Below are positions 1 through 15,052 of a stretch of DNA of 64,000 bases, piece by piece; position 1 is the stretch's first letter; each line of letters begins with the position of its first letter. This DNA comes from Flaccisagitta enflata. Its lineage: Eukaryota. The notes under the pieces were generated by a model, which worked only from the letters and a program-made list of their open reading frames with translations, had not been told where the DNA came from and ran no database searches. Location of the stretch: the NCBI GenBank assembly GCA_965153355.1, contig OZ231126.1, positions 12,028,001-12,092,000 of the forward strand, read 5' to 3'. A program made the translations under genes and the position numbers.

Positions 1-575
1 GGTTCCATATTGCCTATACTACTCACTATACCCAAACTGAATAATATAGAAGAGAGCCTTGTGAGCCCTTATGTGCGAGTTACTTTGAAACAGTAATAGG
101 ATATGACCATGTGTGACAAGTAAGCAGGGATAATCTTGAGTTGAGGATGCCTCGGGTGAGGAATTCTGATGGCGAGGAATTCCTTATTTCCATAAAGAAA
201 GATGATCTTGATCGATCATGATGATCTTGATCAATCATGAAATTCATGATCTTGATCAATTAGGATCATGAATAATGATGACTTGATCAATTGCAACTTT
301 AATTTACCATTTTAGATTCGAGAATTTCGGCGTCTGAGAAACTTTCCGAGAGGAACAATTCCATCATCAGGTAAACTGGACCATTTTTTTTGCCTATCGG
401 TTGGTCCATCCGTTAATCTGTTCGTAACCCTGCTTTTCTTGGTGCTTCTGATTTAGAATTAAATTATGTTGAGTGTTTCCTTTCACTCAAATGTAGGTTA
501 AAAGTCCAACAGAAGGCCAACCTCAGATACACAAAACATAAATATAAACATACATATACGTACAAACACACATTA

Positions 576-3523
<2,948 letters not shown>

Positions 3524-3647
3524 TTATTAAAACGTCTTCAACCATCGAGAGATACCGAGAGGGGCTGCTTTGGTCTGAGAATTTGCCCGAAGGCAGAACC
3601 AAATATAATTTCAGTCGTGTGTCGGCGACTTTATAAGTCATGGTGTA

Positions 3648-4235
3648 CAGGAACAGGAAATTTTGGTTTAATTTAATTTTTTGTTTTTGATATAGATCTT
3701 TGATTTAAAAATAATATTTTGATTTCAGATAAGTATTTTTGTTAAAATGTATGAGGTGTTTTAACAATGTTTTTAAACCCAGAATACTGACTATAGTTTC
3801 ATAACAATCAGTTATAAAAATAAAAAGTCTAAATTCTTTAGAAAAATAGTGAACAAAATTTCAAAATGTTGTTGGGTGAAATTATATCACAGCCTCAATA
3901 AAGACAATTTTGCATTTCTAAGAACATGGCCCTTTTCTTACATGTTTTTAAAAAGAGGCCATGTTTTTGGAAATGCAAATTTTGTTACTTCTATGCAATG
4001 ATATAATTTCACCTAACAGAAGTGAGATGACAAAATATAATTTTCTGCAAAAAATCTTGTTTTTTCTACTTTATTTCAATACATTATGTACATCAAATCT
4101 GTATATCAGAGATTATCTATGCAAAAATTTATTGTTCAACACTTAAAAAATGTTTTTTAACAAAAAAATTTGTAAAAAAATGATAAAAAAAAATATTCAT
4201 CAAATTGTAATGACGCATGAAATTTCTTCTTCCTG
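3648..4235. mobile_element. Tc1/mariner-type MITE
   Basis: Imperfect TIRs CAGGAACAGGAAATTT / AAATTTCTTCTTCCTG flanked by TA on both sides (3646-47, 4236-37); the same left end recurs at ~18506. Confidence 0.6.
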
Positions 4236-4527
4236 TAAACTGCGTCATAAGAGGATTTTTGGTCTTTTGTTCCATCGTCGTATCGGTCAGTTCGTTAATA
4301 ACCACTACTACAGGTGACAGGATGTTTTGCATTTTGGACCTTCGTTCCATCATTGTGTCGGTCAGTCCGTTATCAACCACTACTACCTGTGAGAGGATGT
4401 TTCGCATTTGGGTCCTTTGTTCTATTGTGGCATTGGTCAGTTTGTTACTAACCACTACTACCTGTGAAAGGATGCATCCGGATGTTTTGAATTTTGGTCC
4501 TTTGTTCCATCATTGTATCGGTGAATC

Positions 4528-4882
4528 AATAAAAAAGCCGCACTTTTGAATGATTTATTGAATCTTAGACCATTTCTAAGCTCTCAAAGAGAACTTTCAT
4601 TTGGCTCCAATCTGGTATTTTTAGATTCATTCCTTTAGAGACGACATGAAAAAGAGTCAAAACATCACCATTTTCAGTTTTGCAATCCTATTAAAAATGA
4701 GCATTTTTCTAAAATAGAGACTCACTTTGAGAAGCTCTAACTTTTAAACGGTTTGTGATACAGATCTGGGATTGGTCTAAAATGAAAGAAAATTCAAATA
4801 TCCTCAAAATCAGGAGAACAAAAGAAATATAAAAATAATTTTTTCTGTCTCTTCCTTCAAAAAGATGCGGCTTTTTTTTATT
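4528..4882. mobile_element. MITE inserted in the minisatellite
   Basis: TIRs AATAAAAAAGCCGCACTTTTGAA / TTCAAAAAGATGCGGCTTTTTTTATT; TSD not resolved. Confidence 0.6.
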
Positions 4883-5158
4883 CTTGTAGTACTACCTGTG
4901 AGAGGACGTTTTGCATTTTGGTCCTTTGTTCCATGGTAATTTTGATCAGTCCATTGTTAACCACTACTACCTTTTAAAGGATATTTTGCATTATGGTCCT
5001 TCATTCTATTGCCGTATTTGTCAGTTCGTTATTAACCACTACTACCTGGGAGAGGATGTTTTGCATTTTGGTCCTTCGTTCCATCATCGTTTTGGTCAGT
5101 CCGTTATTAACCACTACTAGTTCTACCTGTGAGTAGATGTTTTGCATTTTGGTTCTTC

Positions 5159-5383
5159 TTTTTAGTTGCGGACACGCAACTCTATAAGAGGCTTCGTCCA
5201 TCCGTTGGTCCGTTGGTCCATTGGTCCGGCCATCTGGGGTCATCAAGTTGAGAAGTGGGAAAATGAGCATTTTTGATACTTTTTGTGTGTGTTTGAGTGC
5301 TGGGGGTGCGTTTGGGTGTGGATGGGGGTTGGATGCCCCTGCCCACCCGTCCGCAACGATATTGTGACCCCGCGTCACTTGTT
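5159..5383 (+). mobile_element. DINE-1/HINE-like Helentron-derived short element (family 1)
   Basis: T-run, palindromic AGTTGCGGACACGCAACT, GTCC/GTTGGTCC microsatellite, CCCCTGCCCACCCGTCCGCAAC inverted sub-terminal repeat, 3' hairpin GTGAC-CCCGC-GTCAC, then TTGTT; no TSD. Confidence 0.75.
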
Positions 5384-5594
5384 ATTGTCATATCAGTCTG
5401 CATGAGTGCCTACTATCAACCTCTACTACCTGTGAAAGGATTATTTGGTGCTTTGTTCAAGCCTCATATCGGTCAGTCTGTTGTTTACCACTTCTACCTG
5501 TGAGAGGATGTTTTGCATTTTGGTCCTTCATTCTATCGTCATATCACTATACAGTCTAGGATGTATTGCATTAAGGTCCTTCTTTATATTGGCG

Positions 5595-6435
5595 TATCTG
5601 TCATTGTCAGGTCAGAGTCCTTGCAGCGTCACCACTTAGGCCTTGTTTCTTTTTTTTTCCTTTGTCATTGTCAGGTCATAGTCCTTACATCATCACCCTT
5701 TTGGTCATGTATCCGGCCTTGTTTCTTTTTTTTTCCTCTGTCATTGTCAGGTCAGAGTCCTTACAGCATCGCCACTTTGGTCATATATCTGGCCTTGTTT
5801 CTTTTTTTTCCTCTATCATTGTCGATCAGAGTCCTTACAGCATCATCACTTTGGTCATATATCTGGCCTTGTTTCTTTTTTTCCTCTATCATTGTCAGGT
5901 CAGAGCCCATACAGCATCACCACTTTGGTCATATATCTGGCCTTGTTTCTTTTTTTTCCTCTATCATTGTCAGGTCAGAGTCCTTACAGCATCACCACTT
6001 TGATTATATATCAGACCTTGTTTCTTTTTTTTCCTCTATCATTGTCAGGTCAGAGTCCTTACAGCGTCACCACTTTGGTCATATATCTGGCCTTGTTTCT
6101 TTTTTTTCCTCTATCATTGTCAGGTCAGAGTCCTTACAGCATCACCACTTTGGTCATATATCTGGCCTTGTTTCTTTTTTTCCTCTGTCATTGTCAGGTC
6201 AGAGTCCTTACAGCGTTACCACTTTAATCATATATCTGGCCTTGTTTCTTTTTTTTTCAGGTCAGAGTCCTTACAGCATCACCACTTTGGTCATATATCT
6301 GGCCTTGTTTCTTTTTTTTCCTCTATCATTGTCAGGTCAGAGTCCTTACAGCGTCACCACTTTGGTCATATATCTGGCCTTGTTTCTTTTTTTTTCCTCT
6401 ATCTCAGGTCAGAGTCCTTACAGCGTCACGACTTT
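5595..6435 (+). repeat. ~74-75-bp minisatellite, about 12 copies
   Basis: Unit GGTCATATATCTGGCCTTGTTTCTTTTTTTTCCTCTATCATTGTCAGGTCAGAGTCCTTACAGCATCACCACTTT; CAGAGTCC recurs at ~5613, 5753, 5827, 5976, 6051, 6126, 6200, 6263, 6338, 6410. Confidence 0.95.
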
Positions 6436-8891
6436 GATCGGCGACAATTCGAGATCGATTCAACCACTTAACAATCGAACTGTCTCAGCTTCGTTTTTGT
6501 AGATGTCATAAAACCACTAATTAACCACTAATTTACTACTAATTGACCACTAATGATCCGTCTAATGAGTGTCGTTTAAAGAAAAAAAAGTGTGGATCTT
6601 CATCACTCATAAATCGTAAATCTCAAACCAACCTCGAGCCGCATTTCAGCTCATTTGTCAATTTTGACGATCACCGTTTTTAACTCATTTGTCAAATCGT
6701 TCATTTAGTATTCCTTTTTTTTTTCTTTTTGATAAACTGTCATTTTCTTTTTTTCAATGATACGTCCGCTTTAAACTACTCAACTCATAAATTCGTCTAG
6801 ATAATACACTGTTTAATATTTTGAAGATTTAATGTGAATTTTATGCCTTGATATTGGTGTCTTATATCATATTCAGAGACTAATGGAAATATTTCATGAA
6901 TCATGAATATGTATTTAAATATTTTGTACAATTTGAATAACGGACTTTGAACTGTCACTATTGCTCACCGTCCATTCTTTACGTTGGTTTTCGGCCCTAA
7001 ATCGGCCCCTTTCAATCAAACAATCAATCAATCAATCAGTTTATCAATTACTAGAACTAGTATTAATCAAATCCTTTACATGGGTCAAAGAGACAGACTA
7101 GCCTAGATCCGAGCAAGGCACAAGACCAATATTGCTTTTGTTTTTCTAAGCAGGGCAGTAATAAATGAAATTTATCAGGGGTATAAATGATTTGATAACA
7201 TAGAGGAAAAAAGCGCCTCTAACCGACCGAAATACAACACCCTGTCCCCAATAGCCCTATAAAGGCAGGCATCAATGACCCCGCATCAGACCATGTTCCT
7301 GGTGTTTTATGATGTATTGGGACTTAGAATAACATGGCGGCAAATTTTTTCTCATGCGGAGATTTGTTTAATTTAACATTTTAGGGGTTGATGATGAATT
7401 GGTGGTTGCAATACAAAAGCTTTTCTTTAGGGTCACCTTCTTTCAAAGATATCTCGGCTTCTAGAACAGCTGGTAAACTTTTTTAAATAAGGAAATTAAT
7501 CTACATCAAAAAATCTACAAAATGAGCGCAATCTGGCACTTGTGGCTCTAACCGTTTAGAAATGGCGAGCGAAACAGTGAAAACATTCAATTTAAAAATG
7601 GGTAAAAATTGATTTCCTTTCTTAAAAAGCCAACAAGGGCAGATGATAGGCTTGAGAGGGAAGATTTAAGGCTTGAAAGTGCAGATTTGAGGCTTGGGAG
7701 GGCTGATTTGAAGCCTGAGAGGGCAGATTTGAGGCTGTATAGGCCAGATATTAGGTCTGGTAGGCCTGATGAGGCGGACAAATGGATAGACAAACAGACA
7801 AACGAACTGACAAATGAAAGTCCCCCTGTCTTCTTCAGAACTTCATCTCCTTCTGAGCTGCTGCCTAGAAACCTCAAATTGACCCTACAGCATAAGATCG
7901 GCTTTTTCAAGCCATATCAGTCATTTCAGGCCTGGTTTCTTTCTTGAAAAAAATAAGCTTAAACAGCCTCTTTTCAGCTTTTTGCCCTGAAACTTGGTCT
8001 TTCAGGCTGCTCTTTTTCTCAATTTCTCATCAATTACATGTGATTCAATGGGAATTTCACATTTTTTTTTGTTTTTATCAATTTTCTATGTTATCTAATT
8101 AGAATTCTACACCTTTTTTTATTTTGTTATTTAATAAGAAATTGGCTTTTTTCAATTCTTTTGTAAATTTTCCATGTTATTGAAAGGAAAGTTTACCTTT
8201 TGTCATTATTCCATGGGAGTTTGAGAGTTCAGAAGCGTTGGTGGAGGGATGTAGGGAAGGATGGACATGCATATGGATCTAGGGACGGACATAAGGAAAT
8301 TCACCCAACCCTTTTAAACCACTGCCTGAAAAAGTGTTCTTCACCCCATATGGGGCCACTTCCCTGCTTCCACAAACTCATACTCACAATCATGCACAGC
8401 AGGGAAGAGGGGATGGCTGACCACAAACTGCCCTTGGGCAACTGGTTTGGTAGTGGCCCTCACAAGGCTGATATCATGTAGCTACTGAGGTTTAAACATA
8501 AGTCTTCGAAAACCAAAACTAGACATCCAAGGATTGCAAATAGTCAGCAATTCCCAATTCCCTACTTTGAGTTATCAAGGGGGGCAGTGACCGTAAAGGG
8601 CTGATGTCCTGTAGGATACAGGGGTGAATTTCAAGACATCCTGAGGGGAATATATCAGGCCTGAGAAGAGTGATTGATGTTAGTGAAGGCAAATTTGAAG
8701 TTTGAAGAGCAGATGTTAGGCCTTGAAGAGCAGATATAAGGTCTAGGGGGCCGGATTTAAGCCTAATGGGTAGGTTTGAGACTTGAAGGGCTTATTTGAG
8801 GTCTGGAGGGCTTATTTGAGGTCTGGAGGGCTGATTTTAGCTCTGGAGGGCCAATTCTAGATCTTAAGAGTAGATTTGAGATATTGAGGGC

Positions 8892-9973
8892 TAGTGGTAG
8901 ACCGAAGGTAGGTAGACGGAAGTTGAACCGAAGCCGAAGATTACAGTAACTTTGTTTCCAAAACTGAATCCAAAGTTTGCCGAAGTCCCAAACCGAAGTT
9001 CGAAGTTACTTTAATTTTTTTGATTGAATCAAATTTTTTTAGGTTATAAAAACATTTTCAAATTTTGGTTGTTTTTTTTATTTTGTTTTTTTTTTTATTT
9101 TCATCTTGCTTAATTTTTCACTTTTAAAAAAAAGTAAATTTATATCTTTTATTGATTTATCATTTCTTTTGTTTTTTTGATAGAGAAATTCTAGAATACT
9201 AAGTGAAATTTCTTTTATTTAATCGTATCAATACAAATATGTGCTTGTTTCTTAAAGTTAAAGTTAATCTCTGAAGCAAAACTAGTGGTTCTTATATTTT
9301 TTTAAATGATTTTTTTTCAGTCATTTTTATTTTTATTCTTATGTATTTTTTAGTTGCGGACACGCAACTCTATAAGAGGCTTTGTCCGTCCGTCCGTTGG
9401 TTGGTTGGTCGGTCGGTTGGTCGGTCCGTCACGCTTGAGTTGAAAAGTAGGAAAACGCGTATTTCCGCCCCTGCCCACCCGTCCGCAATTGATGGCCGTG
9501 TATCCGGCCTTGTTTCTCTCTCTTTTCTCTGTTTCTTTATTTATCCCTCTCTTTGTTTCTTTTTTTATCTTTCTTTTTCTCTTTCTCTCATTCGCTTATA
9601 TGTTCTTATATTTCTTAACATACTCTTTTATTCTTTGAATTAAAACATTCCACTATTTTTTTCTCTCTGTCTCTTTTTCTGTCTCTCTTCATCTGTCTCT
9701 TTCTCACTGTTACTCTCTTTTTTCTTTCTGTCTCTCTCCTTCTCTGTTTGTCTGTTTCTCCCTCTCTCTCTCTCTCTCTCTCTCTCCCTCTCCCTCTCTC
9801 TCTCTCTCTCTCTTTCATTTCTTCTCCTTTAAAAGGATCCAACTTTGAACCTACCTACTGACTCCTGACTCCTGCAAACCAAAGTTGGATGACAACTTCG
9901 ACTTCGGTTCCAAAGTTGGGGTAGCGCTCCGGTCAGTAGGTCAATGCCGGAGCCGAACCTTCGACTTTCACTA
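8892..9973. mobile_element. hAT-type MITE nested in the Chapaev-like element
   Basis: Termini TAGTG / CACTA, subterminal CCGAAG repeats, perfect 8-bp TSD TTGAGGGC at 8884-8891 and 9974-9981. Confidence 0.85.
9347..9515 (+). mobile_element. HINE-like element (family 1) nested in the hAT MITE
   Basis: TTTTTAGTTGCGGACACGCAACT, GTCC/GGTC repeats, CCCCTGCCCACCCGTCCGCAA, hairpin GGCCG-TGTATC-CGGCC, TTGTTT. Confidence 0.75.
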
Positions 9974-11990
9974 TTGAGGGCTTAATTGAAGGCTCAGAGG
10001 GTCAAAATCTGGCTTGAGAGTGCTGATTTTAAGCTCAAGGACCAATGGGGGGAGGGATGGACAAACAGATGGACAGAGAAACCAACAGGTGGACAGATGG
10101 ATGTCTGGAAATACACCCCTGTGTCGTACAGGACATTGGCCCTTTACTGTCACTGCCCCCCCTTGATAACTCCAAGTAGGGCATTGAGTATTGCTGACTA
10201 TTTGCAATCCTTGGATGTCTAGTTTTGGTGCTGCTGCCCAATAAGGTAGCTCTTTCATGGAAGGCAGATTAGAAGCCATGACTCACAGCAAGCTGATTTG
10301 AGGGCAGGAGGGCTTAACTGAGACTTGTTTTGGGGTCCAAAAGGCCTGATATTAAGTTTGAAGAATCAGGTTTGGGGTCTGAGATGCCTGATATAAGGTA
10401 TTAGAAGCTTGATGTGGGGTCAGTGGGGCTTGTTTAAGGTCTTTAATGGGGAGGGGGGCAGAAGAAAAGAGACATAGAAATTGTGCTATGTGGAATCATA
10501 AGATATTGGCCCAATAATGTTTCTAAGGCTTGATAGGGCTAGCTTGAGGTTGTGTTTGTCTGACCTTCCACCTGACACTTACTGTAAACACAATTCATGG
10601 GAAAGCATTTCAAGTTAGATACTAAGCCACATTTACAATGCCATGAAGAGAAAAAAACGTTAATCTTTAACTTTTGCCCATTTTGAATTTGAATGTTTAC
10701 ACTGTTTCGCTCGCCATTTCTAAACGGTTTGAGCCACAAGTGCCAGATTGTGCTCATCTTGTAGATTATTTGATGTAGATTAATTTCCTTTATAAAAAAA
10801 GTTTACTAGCTGTTCTAGAAGCCAAGCTATCTTTGAGAGAATGTGACCCTAAAGATAAGCTTTTGTACTACAACCACCAATTCATAATCAACCCCTAAAA
10901 TGTCATATTAAACAAATCTCTGCATGAGAAAAAATTTGCCGCCATGTTATTTTAAGTCCCAATACATCATAAAACACTGGGAACATGGTCTGATGCGGGG
11001 TCATTGATGCCTGCCTTTATAGGGCTATCGGGGACAGGGTGACAAAGCAACCGACGGACACAGCACATAAAATCATGAAAACGCGAATAAACACAGATCT
11101 CATGTTTTCATTTGATATCATATGCGTTCCATTTGGTTTCTAGTCATTATTGTTGTTTCATGTTATCTATTCGATGTTTCGATGTAAATTTGTATTCATG
11201 AAATACATATATAATTATGTATGTGCGTTTTCCACTTAAGTTTTAACACATTTCTAGATTCCCTTTTACCGAGTCACTAGTTATAGGTTGTCTCAAACAA
11301 ATTCATTGCAGCTATCTTAGTGGGGGTGACCACCATCTTCATATGACTATGTTTGCCGTTACTTTCTTTCTTTTTTTTTGAAAATGTGGAATTTCAAAAG
11401 GGGCGTGAGAGGTTCAACTGACGCACCGGCGAAAGTTCCCAAGGCTCTCATCCTTTCATCTTGATATGTCTTATACAGCAATGTTAATGTTGTCCTAACA
11501 TAGACACAGCAGCCTTTTAGTTTTTCTTTCTAATCGCGGACACGCGCTGTGTCGGTCCGTTCGTCCCTCCCTTGCATTTATAGTAGTGATAACACCTTTA
11601 GAATTTGTCATTTTTTACCCAAAAGTGTGACAAATAATTTGATGCCGGCGTTAAGTGGTTTCGATTCCGGCTTTTTTTTTTATCGGCTCTGCAAATTAAC
11701 CGATAGTGACAAAAAAAAAATTAAAAAGAAGTTACAAAAAATTTAAAAAAGAAGCTACGGCGATAAATCTTCTTCATTGTCTGGCCACGCGGCCACGTGG
11801 AGCTTGATGTGGCTCATCCCAGAAAATGCGTAGGTCTTTTAAATTACATTTTAAAAGATGGTCACTTAATTGCAAATAAATTGTCTCATCACTTAATCGG
11901 TTCATTAAATTATGATCGAGTTTTAAAAAGAGAAGAGGCCCGGCTTCACTCGCGGCAAAAGAATTCAATTTAATGTCGCGTGCATGTATC

Positions 11991-12126
11991 TAGGGTTGTG
12001 GAAGCGGTCGATTTTCATGCCGCTTCCACCGCTTCCGCTTCCGCTTCCGCTTCCATTTTGCAGTACAAATTCTAGTAGCTATCCCATCCACCATAATGAA
12101 AGCGGTCAATCGCTTCCACATCCCTA
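11991..12126. mobile_element. 136-bp hAT-type MITE
   Basis: TIRs TAGGGTTGTGGAAGCG / CGCTTCCACATCCCTA; 8-bp TSD CATGTATC at 11983-11990 and 12127-12134; internal CCGCTT repeats. Confidence 0.85.
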
Positions 12127-13016
12127 CATGTATCGGTCCATCGGTCAGTCGGTCTGGATTGCGTCTAAAGCGAGAAGCACTATTTTTGCGGTTTGAAAGT
12201 AATTAATGTTTCTTTAAGATTAACGAATATCTAGCTCTACGCATGGCTAAGCGCCACGACAACAAGCCGCTCGTTAACGCATCGGGCATCGAGATAAAAG
12301 TAAGTCTTCCTAGTCAAGAACTTGAAGATCTAGGCCACAACCTCACCCCGAACCCAACTCTCACTCACCCTCCACCCTCCTTACATCTACTCCAATCCTT
12401 TTCTCTTGTTTTCCATCAATCTCAAAATGTTCTCTTCATTTCCCCTTCAACCCAAAATCTCCCTTGTCTGCACTCTGCACCCTAGATCCCCCTACATCTC
12501 TTATGACCTATCGATAACTATACATTCCACACCCATGACCCGTCCTTTTCCTATGCTCCATCCTCCCACCCTTCCATCCCCAGTTCCTCGTTTTTAAGTC
12601 AAGGCTAACCCAGCCCCTGTCTTCCTCTTCCTCCACCCCCTTATTTCTCCTCTTCCTCCATACCTCCACCCCCTCTCTTCCTCTTCTTTGTTCACCTCCT
12701 TACCCCTACACCTCCATCCTCCCTCTCGTACATCCCCACCCAGTTTTCTCTTTAAATTTGACCCACCCCCTCTATTCCTCTTCCTCCACGCCCTTTTATC
12801 CCCGTTCTCTACCTCGTCTATTCCTCTTCCTCTACCCCTCCCTCTTCCTCCCTCCGCTCCCCATCCCTTCCCTTTCTCCCTATCCCCTTGTCACTGCATT
12901 TGAGTCGCCTTCGCCTTAATGGATAACACGAAAAATGCATTACGTCTAAACCGTTTGAAGCCGAAGCCATGGGTGCCGTTGCTTCAAATCGATGAGACAG
13001 AGACAGCGACATACAC

Positions 13017-13420
<404 letters not shown>

Positions 13421-13896
13421 GAGTAAGACAGAAAGATGGACGTTTTGGCAGGAGCAAAGATACACGATCCATTGAAATTAGAGTATTGTTAATGAAAAAC
13501 GACAGACGGACCGACTGATAGACAGTAAAACGAACGGACCGGCAAACCAAAGAAAAAGTTGCATGCACGTGACTGAAAACTGAAAGACAAACAAACGAGA
13601 ACGCGACAGGAATCTAGTTTTGTGTTTGCAATGACGCAATTTTATGTGCAAGATCGTTGTTCGTCCGTACAAAAGCAAGAAAGAGTCCAGAGTATAAAAC
13701 AACTCCGTTGGTGGAAAGCTTGGCCCTCTTTTGTACAACACACAGTTGGGCCTCATAAAAACGAATTTCAAGGGACCAATATAATAACAAGGCCAAGTAG
13801 GCCAATAAGGTGCGACGTGTGGATCGTCGAACGAATGCGTTACCAACAGACAGACCGACAGACCGACCAACCTAAGCAGAGTACGATCATCTGAAT

Positions 13897-14732
13897 TTTT
13901 AGTAACGTACACAACTCTATGAGGCTTTGTCCGTCCGTTGGTCCGTTGGTGCGTCATGGTGATCGAGTTGAACAAGGACGGATACACGGCCACCAGTTGC
14001 CGACGGGTGGGCAGGGGCGGAAATGCGCGTCTTCACACTTTCCAACTCGATCATTACGGACGGACGGACGGACGGACGGACGGACAAAGCCTCTTACACT
14101 TTTTTTTTTATAAGAGACAAGATTTTTAAATTCAGCCTGGATGTTCTTGAATTTTTTGCTGTTTTGAGGCTCAAATTCTCTTAAATTGTTCTTATTTTTT
14201 CGACGCGTGAAATATGGAAAATAATGTATAAATACACTATTTATATGGAAAATAATGTGTAAATACACTATTTTGTAGCATTCTATGTATCTTCAATTAA
14301 AAACTTGTTAGTTACTATAAAATTTGAAATATCTTGTTCAATGTGACAAACAAAACCAAAAAAGAAAGTCCTTTTCTGAAAAATTTACAAATTTTTGACA
14401 AAAGTTTTAGGATTGTCATTTGTTTTATCAAGAGACTCAAAAAAAAAAATTGTAAAAAATTTCTAAAAGTGAATCTCAGCCTGGGTATTCTCTTATTTTG
14501 TTCTTAAAATTTCGGCAAATTTCAGCCTCATGTCTCTTATAAACTGGTCTCTTATAAAATAAAAAAAGTGTATAGAGTTGCGTGTCCGCAACTAAAAATG
14601 GGAAATCGAGCGTTTTCGATACTTTTTGTGTGTGTTTGAGTGTTGGGGGTCGGTTGGGGTGTGGATGGACGTTGGATATGGATGCTCCTTCCCACCCGTC
14701 CGCAACGATATTGTGACCCCGCGTCACTTGTT
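13897..14732. mobile_element. Triple nest: plus-strand HINE containing a minus-strand HINE (~13971-14596), itself containing a TA-TSD MITE (14097-14570)
   Basis: MITE termini CACTTTTT..TTATAAGAGAC / GTCTCTTATAA..AAAAAGTG with TA on both sides split the HINE motif CCTCTTATAGAG. The outer HINE resumes after the inner copy (GAGTTGAA | ATGGGAAATCGAGCG). Confidence 0.8.
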
Positions 14733-15052
14733 GAGTTTGTAAACGCAGAAGTCTTTGGCGTAGCGGGCAGAGTTTTCATCCAATCGGCTCATACGCAGGA
14801 ACAATGCATTATTTCATAATAGGTTTTCTGTAAGAGGCAGTTGAATATAAGACAAAAGACAAATGCGACTTCAGCTTCGAGCTAATATATATAACGCGGC
14901 CTCAAACATATGATCTGTTTGGTCAATCACAAATTTTAGCTCATCAAAAGTAACATGCAAACACGCCGAAGATTATTAGCTTAGACGAAACGCCTTCGAT
15001 TGAGCGACTGAGTGGTTTTGTTTTATTTCTTTTTTCTTTTTCAGTAAAAATA

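Larger units (their letters stand above)
4250..5545 (+). repeat. Degenerate ~75-bp minisatellite (about 10 copies), interrupted by a MITE and a HINE
   Basis: Recurrent unit ...TTTGCATTTTGGTCCTT.GTTCCATC...GGTCAGT..GTT..TAACCACTACTACCTGTGAGAGGATG with spacing of ~75 bp (e.g. 4326, 4401; 4910, 4985, 5060). Confidence 0.85.
7238..11041. mobile_element. Non-autonomous CMC (Chapaev-like) DNA transposon, 3.8 kb, ~380-bp TIRs
   Basis: Termini CACCCTGTCCCC / GGGGACAGGGTG; TIRs ~7238-7615 vs ~10665-11041; 4-bp TSD ACAA at 7234-7237 and 11042-11045; no transposase ORF. CAC..GTG with a 4-bp TSD fits Chapaev (family assignment is inference). Confidence 0.8.

Noticed and set aside
5513-6502. 329-aa ORF
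   Set aside because: Translation of the 75-bp minisatellite; it shifts between repeat frames at T-run length changes and has no ATG start.
14883-14893. TATATATAA as the promoter of the kringle gene
   Set aside because: Position is plausible but such motifs are common in this AT-rich DNA, and an acceptor at 15044 suggests an unknown upstream exon.
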